From assembly GCF_009914755.1 (NCBI RefSeq), contig NC_060941.1: DNA of 64,000 bases. The stretch is one strand, 5' to 3'. The notes under the pieces were generated by a model. The model saw only the letters and a program-made list of their open reading frames with translations, had not been told where the DNA came from and ran no database searches. The translations under genes were made by a program, and so were the position numbers. Of the stretch, positions 14,319-30,400 are shown in pieces; positions within the stretch are counted from its first letter, which is position 1; each line of letters opens with the position of its first letter. This DNA comes from the human T2T-CHM13v2.0 reference genome, Homo sapiens.

Positions 14319-16281
14319 GAGGAAACAAGACTGGAAGGGGATACACCTAAATATAAGTAGTGCTTGTGTCCATGGGGTGGAGTGATATTGTGGGTTTATT
14401 TGCTCTGTATTTTTAAATAAAACAATGGCTCAACTCAGAAGATAACTGAGTCAGCGTCTCATCCAGCAGCCCCCGGGGCCCCTGGGAGAAGCCACCTCCC
14501 ACCACCTGGCCAAGAAGATCTAGACAGGCTGAGAGGCTCCCTCTCCCTCTCCTGGGGTCCCGAGCCACAAATCTAAAGCCACATTCCTTGGGTGACCAGG
14601 CAGGGACTGGGGGCAGATGTCGAAACTGGCAAGGCCCCACTCTGTGGTACCCAGCCTGCTGTGGCTCCTGTCCTAGTGCCAGCTCCTCTGCTGTCATCCT
14701 GTCCCCACCCCACACATCCCCACCTCCCCAGCCAGTTGGGCCCAAGGTGCCCTCACTGATATGTTGGAGGAATAATCTGCTTCTCTCCAGCTCCTCAGGA
14801 GACCCGCGTGGGAGGTCCTGCGTCACGGGCTACTGAGGCACATGCTGAGTCCCCTCCCATGGGCCTCAGCACACCTACTATGGCTTAGCTCTTCCCACCC
14901 AGGACCTCCTCAGGGCTTCTCGGCATTCCAGAAAGACAAGAAGATTTTCTTGGGGCCAAGGCGTTGCTGGGCCTCTCTGTCCCGGCCAGGCCCTCGGCAA
15001 GCTCCATGCCTCGACTCTACTGCCTTCTCTCTGGTCCTCTCTGTCACCCTTCAGAGACTTTTAAATCCCATAGTCTGGGCTTCAGGGCCTCCAATAAAAG
15101 CAGAATAAGACCTATAAGGACTTAATAGAGCTTTTATCTATAAAAGAGACAGACCTTCTAATCTAACTAGAAACTAAGGTTAAAAAAAATGAAAAGAGTT
15201 AGACTTAAACTCTTAAAAAAATAAAAAAAGATTCAGCTCTGTCAGAGTCAGCCTGATGTGGTAGACAAATTGCTCATGAATTACTCACAGTGTTTGCTAA
15301 AAAATGCTGGTTCCTGGGAGTCTCTGAGCCTACTCTGGCTCTAGAGGCTGCCCAATTTAAAAAAAAGAAAAATGCAGGTTCCTGAGTCTAGCTCCAGAAC
15401 TACCAAATCAAAATCTCGGGGAGGTGAGGACTGGGAATCTGAATGTGTAACACGTTCCCTACGTGATTCTGAAGCACACTGCACCGGTGGTTTAGTGGTT
15501 TCCATGCCAGGAGGGCATTGCGCCCTCCTTGAGAACCCTGCCTTCCCAGCACTAGCTGCTGGGAGGCTGGCCAGCACAGACACAGTCCTCCTTCCCAAGA
15601 GATTCCTAGCCCTGGCGAGGAGGAAGACTCGGTGGGTAACAGGAGTTGCAATGTGGGTTTGTACCCAGTTCTTGGGGAGCACAGAGGAGAGGGGAGTTCT
15701 CAGAGAGGGAAGATGTCTCAGGGAATGAGTCTCTGGGGCCAGATCCTGAGGGCTCAGTAGCATTGACTAGCTAAAGAAGAGAGCAGAGGTATCCCAAATT
15801 GAGGACATAGCATGGGCAGAGGCACAATGGGGAGCTGTAAACAGTTTAGGGCCTGGGCACAGGTAGGGAGTAGAGGGGAGGAGGCCAGAGAGATGAGTGG
15901 GGCTGGTCTTCCTGCTGGTTTGTGTTTTGTCCATTTGGCTAATCTGGGAATAATACTTCCCAGAAACCCCTTCTCCAGAGGGGTCTAGGGTAGAGTTGGT
16001 CAAAAGAGGAGCTTGCATGAGATTTGGAAAATAAAAGTGAAGCAGCATCCTGACTCTCAGGGGGTTGTCACGGTCATGTGCCGTGATGACACTGAGGCAG
16101 AGATATGCCTGGCCAATCCACCTCTCGGGCTGCTGGCTCCCTGTCTGGCCCGTGTTCTGGCCAGCTGGGCTTGCTGAGCTACAGCTGCCCGCAGACCTGT
16201 CCACCGGCTCCCTTCACGGCCTCACTCAGGCAGCTGATGTGCTTGCTTCTTGGGCTTCCCTGCAAACTCTGACTTGTCACC

Positions 16282-17894
<1,613 letters not shown>

Positions 17895-17910
17895 TGAAGC
17901 TCCCAGTCTA

Positions 17911-18478
<568 letters not shown>

Positions 18479-21364
18479 CTAAGAGGAGCCCAGAGAGGCA
18501 TCTGAGAAGAGAAGGGCTTGGAGAGCTGGGAGCATCAGATCGGGTTTAGCCTGGGGGCCTGGCTGAGGTGAGTGCTCTCCATCCTAAGGCCACAGGAAGC
18601 AGAGGAGGGACAGGATCAGATTCTGCGCCCAGAGGAAGACTGGCTTAGAGGAGGTGAGTCCAGAGGCCAGGAGAATATCAGAGGCCAGGACAAGGGAGAC
18701 GGCGGCCAAACCAGGGAAGTGGCACTGGAGAGAAATGGATGGATTCAAGAGACGTTAGGCAAATGGACAGAAAACAGAAACCGCGCACGTGGTGGTTGGT
18801 GAGTTGAATGCATGCAGGAGATAGGGGCCCAAGGGAGAACCATAGGGGGTTGATTCCAAGGGTCTGGTGGAGCCCCTGAGGGGTTGGAGACACCCAGCTG
18901 GTCAGCCACACAGTCTGGTATTAAATGACACACGGCTGGTCAGCCACACAGAAGCTGGGCAGTGTGAATGGGTCCGGTACCGACTTCAGAGTGTGCACCT
19001 CTGTCTCCCCAGACAGCAACAGAAGGACCAGGGAAATTTAAAAGGGAGTCTATGATGATATTGTAATATAAAATCTCTAATGAAGATGTGACTACTAGAA
19101 AAAAGGGAAATAAAGCGATTGAGGAAAGGAAAACAACTTGTGCATAAAGAAGAAAAGAATAAGCAACTGAAAGCTCAAAACATTTTTCCAGGCCTGGGGG
19201 ATGAGGTGGAGAGAGTCTCTTGCTCCCACTCCAGGAGGAGGGCTGCCTGGAACTAAAGTTGGTGCTTATGATCTGGTATTTAAATGACATTCTTAGTGGT
19301 GGTGTTAGCGGTAGCAGAGCAATTGTGCCAGGGCCCACCGACCCCTTGCTGGTTCACTCAGTTGCCAACATATACTGATATACTGAGCACCTGCTGCAGG
19401 CCAGGCTCTGTGATCTCAGATCTCAAGAACAAGCCAGCTCAGTCCCTGTCTAATAGAGCTTACAACTGGGCAGCGGAGGCAGACCTGCCATGAGACAAAT
19501 ATAAAATGACAACTTGTGACAAGGGTTAGGAAAAAGAATAGTGGAATCCTGTTTTAGATGGGATGGTCAGGGAAGGCCTCTGAGGAGGTGATATTTGAGC
19601 CGACATCAGATGGATGGCAGAGAATGCAAGAAGAGTGTCCCTGGCAGAGGGAACAGCATCGTCATAATTGGGAGCTGGTGCTTTCGAGGAACTAACAGAC
19701 AGGCAGGGTGGGTGGAGGGTGGGAGCCAGGGCTGGGCTGGGGGTTGTGAGGACACTGACAAGAGACCAGTTGGAGAGGGGGCGGGGGCTGACCATGCAGG
19801 AATTGGAATCTTTCAGTAAAGTCCAGACCAAATGATTCTTCAGGGTCCTTGTTCCCCCAGGTTTCAATGACACTTTAAAGGTGTTGTCGTAAAAGGCTGG
19901 GGAGTCTGTTTCTATGCCCCCAATCTCATTTAAGAAGGGGGGCATCCAGGCCATCATGGAACAGGTGACCTGGAAGATGTTCCTTGGTCCAGTTTCTGCA
20001 AACTGCCCCGCAGCATTTTTAGAAAATGTTCCCTTTTAGATTCGATTTATCTTAGCCAAATTGACCAGGGAAAATAGGTGCCTACAAATAGCGATCACTG
20101 GCAAACAAGGAGAGTTATTATCTTAAATTAAGGCTGGTTTCTAACAACAAAAAAAAACCCACCAAATGCCACTGGCCACCCCCCACCAACCCCGATCCCC
20201 AGCGCATACGTGAGGACGATGGCTCCACCACCCTCCCTGTAAGTACCAGGCTCAATGCCGGGCTCTGTGCAAAGGGAAGGAAACAGACAGAGGAAGGAAG
20301 GCAAGAGATTAGAGAAGCTGACAGATGTAAATAGCCTCAGAGGAGCCACACTGTCCCGGCATTTCTCCCCAGGGAGCCTTTTGTACCAAGGAATCTGGTT
20401 GCCTGAAAGAAAAATGTTATCATTTATTTCTTTAGTCAGAGCTGAGCTGTTTTCTTCAGACATAGAAATAACCTAACATCACACACCAAATTGTTGGCCA
20501 AATGACAGAGATACCTGTAATGTGGGTGTTTAATAATGTCCAGGGTAAACAATCATGGACTTGGTTTCTTGGGAAGGGCCCCGTTCCCCGCCACGGTTGC
20601 AAAGCTACAGAGGGTCTTGAATGAAATAAGTGCTTTGGAAAAGTTGTCCCAAAGTTCTTGCCTGCTGCTGAGCTGGGAGGAAGCTGGGCTTTTCATTTCT
20701 GCTGCTCAAATCATGCCCCAGCAGCCAAACATCCATTAATTCAACAAATATTTATGGAGCCCGGATTCTGGCCAAGCCCTGTGCAAAAGCACTGAGGCTA
20801 CAAATGTGCAAAGGCTGGGGTCCTGTCCTCAATAGCCTCATAGTCCAGAGGGGAGACGGCCACGTTCAGCCTGTGTGTCAATCTTGTAACACAGCCTGGA
20901 TGTGGCGTGGTGGTCAGCTCTGTGGAGGAGGCAGTCTCCTCAAAAGGAGACTTGAAGGGGAATTTCCAGGCCAGAGGAGTTGGAGGAGGGGATCCTAGAC
21001 AGACTAAGGAGAATGTGCAAAAGCAGAGGCTTGAAACCCCCTGGGCGATTTAGAAATTAAGAGAAATACGATATTGCAGAGAACAAAGTGCTAAGGAAGT
21101 CAGCGGTCAAATGCGTGGCTGGACAGGTAGATGGATACCAGATCATGTACTTGTAAGCTAAGGAGTTTAGAGTTGACCTTTTAGGTAATAAATTCCATGG
21201 AGGAATTTGAGCGGGGAAATAGCATGATTAGATTTTTGTATTAGAACACTCACTCCTCTCTGTCCTGAAGAAACTCTAGCATATGTCGCGTCAGGAGACA
21301 AATTCGGGCATCTTCCTTAGTGCATTGGGTTTGATGGTGAAAACACTGGAAACAAACTAAATCA

Positions 21365-22290
<926 letters not shown>

Positions 22291-23309
22291 TACTGTAGAT
22301 GGAGCTAAAATGCTAACGTATTAAATTTCCTGTGTTTAAAATATTTTTTGAACTTTGCTTTTTAAAAAAACAGAGAAAGTAAAATCCATCTGGCAGCGGC
22401 ATAGCAGATGGAAGGGAGGGGATTGGGGAATGGGACCCCGAGCCAGTCTCTGTCTCCACACAGCAGCTCCTGGGTGGAGGAGAGCTGGAGGCCGATCTTG
22501 GGGGACCCAGGGAGTAATGCATGCAGAGAACACTTCACCTTGTTGGGCTGCTTTTGGCCTCTGGGCAGAGCGGAGGCGTGGTCCTGGCATCTTGTCTAGT
22601 GTCCCTGGAAGATACGGGGCTCTGTCTTGATCGGAACTGGCGACCATTCTGACCTGGGATGTCAGTATCATTTTTGGACATCTGCCAACCAAGGGTCAGA
22701 AACAGGAGGATTTTAGAATACCTGGGAAAGCTTGGCATTGTATATTCAGAGTAAAGATGGTGTGAATGTGTGTGTGTGAGTGTGTGTGTGCATATGCAAG
22801 CACATGTGCAAATCCAGAAGCACAGTGAAGGTGAGTGTTCCCCAAGGGGGTTTGCAGTGGATGCAGTGACGAATACATTCACTGATGAGGATGCTCTTCT
22901 ATAGTTCAGAGAAGTAAGAATGAATCATGAATCTTTCCAGAAGGAATTCATTTCTAGACTCCTTCTTACCTTTCAGATCTCCATCGCCTGACCTAGAGTC
23001 TCGGCTGAATAGCATAAACCTGTATCCATCTACATATATTTATACATCTGGCTTAGAGCCACAGCAGGGAAGAATTCACAGCAGGATCTTATAGGCACAC
23101 AGCCTATAGGATCTTATAGATTACAGCCTGGATCTTATAGGCATCCATTAAAGAAAACTACAGGCATTTCCGCAACTGCATATGAATTGTGTCACATCTG
23201 TATGTGCTAGAAGGAGTTCAAGGGCATCAATATTCCTATTGTAATACATCTGCCCAGTGCTAGCAGCATTACTTAAGCAAACCTATCAAAAGCCTAAAGA
23301 ATAAAGATG

Positions 23310-23835
23310 TGGCGGGGTGCGGTGGCTCACACCTGTAATCCCAACACTTTGGGAGGCCGAGGCGGGGGAATCACGAGGTCAGGAGATTGAGACCATCCTG
23401 GCTAACACAGTGAAACCCCGTCTCTACTAAAAATACAAAAACAAATTAGCCGGGCGTGGTGGCACGTGCCTGTAGTCCCGGCTACTCAGGAGGCTGAGGC
23501 AGGAGAATCACTTGAAGCCAGGAGGCAGAGGTTGCAGTGAGCCGTGAGATCGCACCACTGCACTCCAGCCTGGGCGACAGAGTGAGACTCTGTCTCAAAA
23601 AAAAAAAAAAAAAAAGAATAAAGATGTGCACCAGCTTGGGCAACAAAGTGAAGCCCCATCTCTAAAAAAATACAAAAATTAGCTGGGCATGGTGGCAACT
23701 GCCTGTAGCCCAGCTACTCAGGAGAGTGAGACAGGAGGATGGCTTGAGCCTGGGAGGCAGAGGCTGCAGTGAGCCATGATTGCTGCCACTGCACTCCAGT
23801 CTGGGTGACAAAGCAAGACTTTGTCTCAAAAAAAA
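23310..23835 (+). mobile_element. Full Alu (23310-23615, TSD aagaataaagatgtg) followed by a 5'-truncated AluJ-like element
   Basis: Alu consensus and TSD. Confidence 0.85.
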
Positions 23836-23947
23836 CATGTATAGCTACATAATTAATAATATGCAAATATTCTTCTTTAGGGTCACTTAGGTTTTCAACA
23901 TACAGACCCAAGAGAAGGTACAGAGACTCATTCTCTCTCTCTTTCAA

Positions 23948-23948
<1 letters not shown>

Positions 23949-23988
<40 letters not shown>
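23949..23988 (+). repeat. (CA)n microsatellite
   Basis: Direct reading. Confidence 0.95.
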
Positions 23989-23991
<3 letters not shown>

Positions 23992-24998
23992 CTCTTCACT
24001 ATAATTATAATTACTATGTTGGCTTCCAGATCAGGGGTTAGAGCCTTGGCATGGAGACGCCTGAAAGGCACCCAAGGCAATTAGTGGTGTCCCTTCTCCA
24101 CCCCCTACATACCTTCAGGCCCTTTGCACTTGCTGCTCCCCCTCCCAGTGCACACACCCCCAGATCCTTGTGTGGCTCCCTCTCCCACCACATTTTGGTC
24201 TTAGCTCAAATGCCACCTCCTCAGAAATGCCTGGCCTGGCCGCCTTCAGGGCTGTCTATATGCTCACCAGCTTTAATTTTCTTTCGAGAACTTTCCATTC
24301 CCGGACATTGTACTAAATGTTTATTTGTTATCCGTCCATTATCCATCTCCTTGCCAGCACTCCCTGTGAGCTCCATGAGGCTCCAAGATTACAACCACAT
24401 GCCCAGAGCTAGGGTGGTGCCTGGCTCACAGCTGGCATCCAGTCAGTAGCAATGGAATGAATGAATGATCACCCTCTCTTCCTCTCCATCCCCACCCTCT
24501 CCTTTTTCACTTCCTCTCCCGCCCCATCTCCCCTGCCTCCGCCTTAAATCTGCTGGCATGACCAGCCCTCAGGAAGTTGTCAGGCAGGGGAGGTGTGTGC
24601 TCTGCACCCCTCTCCTTCCATCTCTCTTTCCCACCTCCCTTATGGGTACCTATCTCTCCTACCTGCAGCTGCTCGCTGCCAGCTCTGGCCCTCTTGGTGG
24701 GCAGAAGCTTAGGCACCCCAGACAATTGTAGGGAAATTGGGCATTGGAGGGCAGCCGTAAGAAAGGATTCAGTACCTGCCAAGGAATGATGAATTTAGTC
24801 TCTCACCCATGAACAGGCATGCACTTTCAGGGCTCAGGTTCGGTCTCTAAAGCAGAACGTCATTCAGGGCACCCTTCAGTACCCATGACCCAGTGTCTCG
24901 CCTTTCCTGCAGGAGTCGGTGCTGCCACTATGGTGACTCAGCCCCTCTCTTCTCCTCATTCATTACCTGGGTTCTTCCTGCAGTGATTGACAGTATCC

Positions 24999-25289
<291 letters not shown>

Positions 25290-25913
25290 AAGTTGCAGCT
25301 CTTAATAGCATGGGCACCATATAATTTACTGCCCAGATTGGGTCATTTTTTAGAGTAGAAGTGGGAGCTGTTAATAATTACGCTTGGCCTACAGGTGTAA
25401 ACGAGACCACCCTGGGCAAACCAGGCACATGGTCGCATTGACTAAGAGGAATATTCCCCTGCCTCCTGCATCTCCAGCCACAAAAGGAGCCTCAGCTGTT
25501 GGTCAAAGCTGCCCAATAGCTGAGCCCTTGCCTGCCCTTGGACAAGGGAGAAGACAGAGGGCAGGTTCCAAGAATGGGGTGGGGATGTGGCAGGAAGGAC
25601 GGTGCAGGCCCCAGAGCTATAATCAATGATCTGGGAGCCGGGTTGTGGAGCACAGGGCTGTGTCAAGGAGCAGGTGGGAGGTGGGTGGGTGTGGGACATG
25701 GCACCAGCTTTTGGTGTCTGTGACTCTGAACTTGGCTTACTCGCAGGTGGCTTCTGCAGGCTCTCCACCCTCCCAGCTGCGTAAGTCCTGCCTGATTCAA
25801 GGAAAACAGGGAATTTTGGGGTCCTGTGGCTCCTCCAACGTTCTTTTCCTTTACCTCCTTGTGTAAATGTGGCCTGATTTGTACTTGGAGCATAAGTAGA
25901 CCCCTACAGAGCG

Positions 25914-25925
25914 TGTGTGTGTGTC

Positions 25926-25957
<32 letters not shown>

Positions 25958-25984
25958 TGAGAGAGAGAGAGACAGAGAGAGAGA
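25914..25984 (+). repeat. Compound (GT)n(GA)n microsatellite
   Basis: Direct reading. Confidence 0.95.
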
Positions 25985-26730
25985 AAGGGACCTATTTCCT
26001 TCTATCCCTCTGTCTGTCTTACTCTCAGACTATTAATACAAGCCCTGAGTCTGGCTGTACCCCCAGAACATGTGCCCCGCCCCCTACAACAAAATGCTGC
26101 CCCTCCCAGCTAGGTCTGTTGTTTGTTCCTTTTCTGATTGGCGCCAGGCTTATAGACCCCATGTAGGTAGAATATAACTTTCCATAAATAACCTCTAACC
26201 CGACCTACAATTTAGCCTTCAGGTTTTTTTCCCCCTCGTGGTAATGGGATTGCAGCCTGGGCTGATCCATCCTGTATCTTCAGGTCCCAGAAAGCAGACC
26301 CTAGGTTTGGACATTGCTTGGAATTCCTGGTACCCCCATGTTGCCTTGCACATGGCAAGGACTCGGTACATGTTGAGGAATGGTGGATTCTCTTCTACCC
26401 ATGAGCAGCCATGCACTTGCAGTCTTTGCTTGGGCTATGCCTTCTGCCTAGAAGCCCCCTTCTCCACCTGGAAAATCTCTAAGCAGCACCCACTTTGTGA
26501 AGCTTTCCCTAACCACTATCCCTCATCCCCTCCACAGAGCAAATTACTCCTATCTTGGATTCCCATAACACTTGGTACAAAACAGTGTGACCTGGTTATT
26601 GCCCATGTGCCCACCAGGTTCTAAGCAGCTCAAGTGAGGGGTAGGGCAAGGAACTGAGCCCAAGTATGGCTGTGGGCAAAACATTTAACCCCTTGGTGCT
26701 TCAGTCTCCTCAGATTCAAACACCAACCTG

Positions 26731-27040
26731 GGGCTGGGTGTGGTGGCTCACGCCTGTAATCCCAGCACTTTGGGAGGCCGAGGCAGGCAGATCACTTGAG
26801 GTCAAGAGTTCGAGACTAGCCTGGCCAACATGGTGAAACCCCGTCTCTATCAAAAATACAAAAATTAGCCAGGCGTGGTGGCACGCACCTGTAATCCCAG
26901 CTACTCTGGAGGCTGAGGCAGGAGAATCACTTGAATCCGGGAAGGCAGAAGTTGCAGTAAGCCGAGATCGTGACACTGCACTCCAGCCTGGGCAATAGAG
27001 CGAGACTCTGTCTCAAAACAAACAAACAAACAACACAAAC
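26731..27040 (+). mobile_element. Alu
   Basis: Alu consensus with (CAAA)n tail. Confidence 0.9.
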
Positions 27041-28289
27041 CTGACCCAGAGCCCGTGTCCCCACCCACTGGACCGCACTGCCTCTCAGGGATGGAAGATG
27101 TCTCTGTTTCCTACCTGCTCTCATATTCTGGGCCCTGAGACACTCATGATGCATGGATTTTCTGCAGGGGCTCACTGAGGCCTCCTCGGGGGCTGGAGCC
27201 CCAGGAAGGGACCGGCCACTGATACCCACTCACACCTATCAAAGACTTGATGATGATGATTAATTCAAGTGGGTTATTGGTAGTTAAACTGACAAGTCAT
27301 CAGGAGGGACCTCAGCTTTCTTTGTGGGGGTGGGTTCCCCCAAGGTAGGCTGGACTTAATTTAAAGCTTTCCAGTTGACCATCCCACCTTAGGGCAACTG
27401 AAGAGTAACTTTAGGGTTACTCTTCATCTGAAGATGCTAACTCAGCTAGCATCCAGCACTATTAAGACACCTTGGGGAGGCGAGACTTTGAGAGAAGTGC
27501 AGGAGGCTGGCCCACTTTTGAAGATCCTACATTTCTACCCAGGAGGCATCAAATCCACACTTCGAAGAAGATGAAGTTTCCTGTGAGCTGGTCCTGAATT
27601 GTACTTGGCTTTGTGTTGTCTATGCCAGTACTAAGCAGGACTTGGCCAGGCTGGTCCTCCATGAATGACTGTCAAATGGAAAACAGAATTAGGAACCAAA
27701 GTAGTGGTGTAGACAAAAGGGGCTGGAACCTCAGAGGAGAGAGGGATCATGGGAGATTGGAACATCTCTGGAAGGTTAGGGGAAGAGATGACAAGTAATG
27801 TGAATCCTAAAGAAAGAGGATTAGTTATTGGGGGTGCTAAGTGTGGATGGCAAACTAAGGAAGCAGGGATCTGCATGACCATTTGGAGTCAGTAGGAAGC
27901 TTGGTGGAGTGGGAGGTGGGAGTCAAGCAGAGAAGGCCTCCCATGTCAGATAGGGAAACTGCACTTGATCCTGGGCAAGGGGGAGCTATGGAAGGCTTTT
28001 GAGCAGGGGAGTGATACAATGAGAACAGCATTTTGGAAGCCAGCATGGAGGGGAGGCTGCTAAAAGGATACAAGGCTGAGGTTATTACCATGCCCTGGGT
28101 GAAGAAATGCGGTCTGGGTTTGGAAAGGAAGGGATAAACATGACTTTTCAAAGGAAGACATAATTGCCACAAGGGCCACCAGAGAGCAGTCAAAGGTGTG
28201 TCCAAGGTTGGAGCTCTAGTGACCAAGAGAAGGGTGTCAACTTTGACAGAAATGACGTCATGTGTGGTTGACAAAATGAGACCACATCC

Positions 28290-29899
28290 TTTCGGTCATG
28301 ATTCATTGTCTTTATTAACAATGTCTCTGGACTCTGGAAGAACAGACTGTTAATTCATAAAGCAATATTAACATTGTCATTCTCTACAAGAAAAACTTTT
28401 GCATAAATAACTTAAGTGAGAAAATAAATATGTAACTTAACTCTTTAAAAACCACTACTTTCATTCTTGTGGACAAGTCCCACGTGGAAGAATTGCCAAA
28501 AAAACGACCAGTCCTGCAGGCTTTCATATGTCATGTGCTTCTGTTTAAAACTTTTTTTTTTTAACAATTAAAAACTACACAGAAAGTAAGAGGTTGTCTG
28601 GAAATGATTTTCAAAAAGATTTTTGGGTGGCAGTATTATGCTCTGCAGTTTCTCAGCATATGTACAGCACTTGTAGTTTTTCCCCCAATAATATTCTTTT
28701 AGTGTAAGATATGCCATCACATGTAAGAGCAGTAAGAAGCTGTTTTCTAGGCAGAAATGTGTCCGTGAGTGGTGGGCAGAAGGCGGTGTCTCAAAAGGGA
28801 TGTGCTGGTCTGTGAGTTTGTGATGGCTGCTCCCTCGGGCCTGCAAGGCCAGTGTCCTTGAACCTTTCACTTCTCTTCGGAAGGTGACTTTAAAACATGG
28901 CTATGGGTCGGGGGAGGGATGCTGCTCTTTGGGAAGTTGGGGCGGATGTGATTTCTATCCCTCCCACCACCCTCGGACCCTCTCCTTTTCTACCCCAATG
29001 GATGATGTTATTTCTTTGAGATGGAGGGGTGGAGGTAGCCAAACATCCGGGGAAGCCAGGCTGGGAAGCAGCATAGCTTCTTCCAGGAGTTTGTCAGCCG
29101 TAAATATGTCAGCCATAAATAGACTCTTTACTTTTTTTTTTCTGTTTGTTTTTCATCTTTGGCTGTCAGAAGAGAGCATCACAACTCTGAATTCTGGAAG
29201 TGACCTTGGCACTGAATCAATGCAACTGCATTCATTCTCTCTCTTTCTCTCTCTCTCTCTCACCTCTGCCCATTCAAAAGGCACTGGAGTCCTTGGAATC
29301 ATATGCCAATAGTCTCCTCGAGATCCTATTCCCACCTCCACCCTCATTTTACAAAGTGGAAATTGAGGTCCCGAAGGAGAATTGTGTAGTTCAAGGTTAC
29401 ACAGCAAGTTAGTGGCAGAGCCAGGACTAGAAACCACATCTACAGTTGCCCCCAGTCTTGTGCTCTGGGCACGCCTCAGGCTTTCTGATGGGCAGCGAGG
29501 TGCAAGGGGGAATCTTATCCAACTTTCTTAACCAGTCCCTGGACTTTCCCACTCCCACACCGCTCCCTTAAAACCCCAGAGCGGTGAAAATGCTTCCATT
29601 TCTGCCTCCTCTGAAGTGGGACCAGCAAAGGTAGGCGGCCCCAGAGGCGGGGCTGCGTGGCTCAGTGTCTGTGACTCTCAATTCCCTCCCCTGCCCCGTG
29701 GGACCCCTCAGCTGGCGGGCTGAGGGGGGCCTTGCCGGCGCCCGGGATTCCTCAGGGCCTGGAAGGTCTCAGCCCCCTGCCCTGGGTTGCAGGCATTTAC
29801 AATGAAATATAAACAATCAAACCACGCGCAGAGGACAGAAATGTGGGGCGCGGGTTCAGGGCCGGGGCGCCCGCCGGTGGGGAGGGGCGCGGGCGGGCT
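28290..29899 (-). other. SOST: SOST 3' UTR with AATAAA poly(A) signal at 28316-28311
   Basis: tttatt on + at 28311-28316. This gives an ~2.3 kb mRNA, consistent with the known SOST transcript size. Cleavage site is approximate. Confidence 0.85.
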
Positions 29900-30400
29900 C
29901 TAGTAGGCGTTCTCCAGCTCGGCCTGGTTGGCTTTGGCGCTCCGGGCGCGGGGCCGCGGCTTCCGGCCCTTCTGCGGCCGAGCGGCCTCGGTCCCGAAGT
30001 CCTTGAGCTCCGACTGGTTGTGGAAGCGGGTGAGGCGCTTGCACTTGCACGAGGCCACCAGGCGCACCTTGCGCGCGCGCGGCGCCTCACCACCGGGACA
30101 CAGCAGCTGCACGCGCTGCGCGCGGTAGCGGTCGGGGATGCAGCGGAAGTCGGGCCCACTAGGTCGCCACCACTTGCCGCGGCCGATGGCGTTGGGCAGC
30201 AGGCGCGCCGGGCCGCACTGGCCGGAGCACACCAGCTCGGTGACCGGCTTGGCGCTGCGGCACGGCCCATCGGTCACGTAGCGGGTGAAGTGCAGCTCGC
30301 GGCAGCTGTACTCGGACACGTCTGTGGAGAGAGGCGCGCGTGAGGGTGGCCGCCCGCCTGGCCACCCCTGCCCTGGACCGGCCCGTCTCTCTCCACCCCA
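29630..30400. other. Intragenic CpG island over SOST exon 2 and the start of the 3' UTR
   Basis: Very high GC and CpG density (e.g. gcgcgcgcgcggcgcc) compared with CpG-poor flanks. Confidence 0.85.
29900..30321 (-). CDS. SOST: Sclerostin, coding exon 2 (cystine knot, PNAIG LRP5/6-binding loop, basic C-terminus ...ELENAY*)
   Basis: Acceptor TCTCCACAG|ACGTG. 422 nt; 220+422=642 nt = 213 aa + TAG. DAN-family cysteine pattern (CRELH, CSGQC, CKC). Intron 30322-33079 is 2758 nt. Confidence 0.99.

Noticed and set aside
23078-23143. Short repeats with variable spacers as a CRISPR-like array
   Set aside because: Human DNA, 11-bp repeats, spacers related to each other, and no cas genes.
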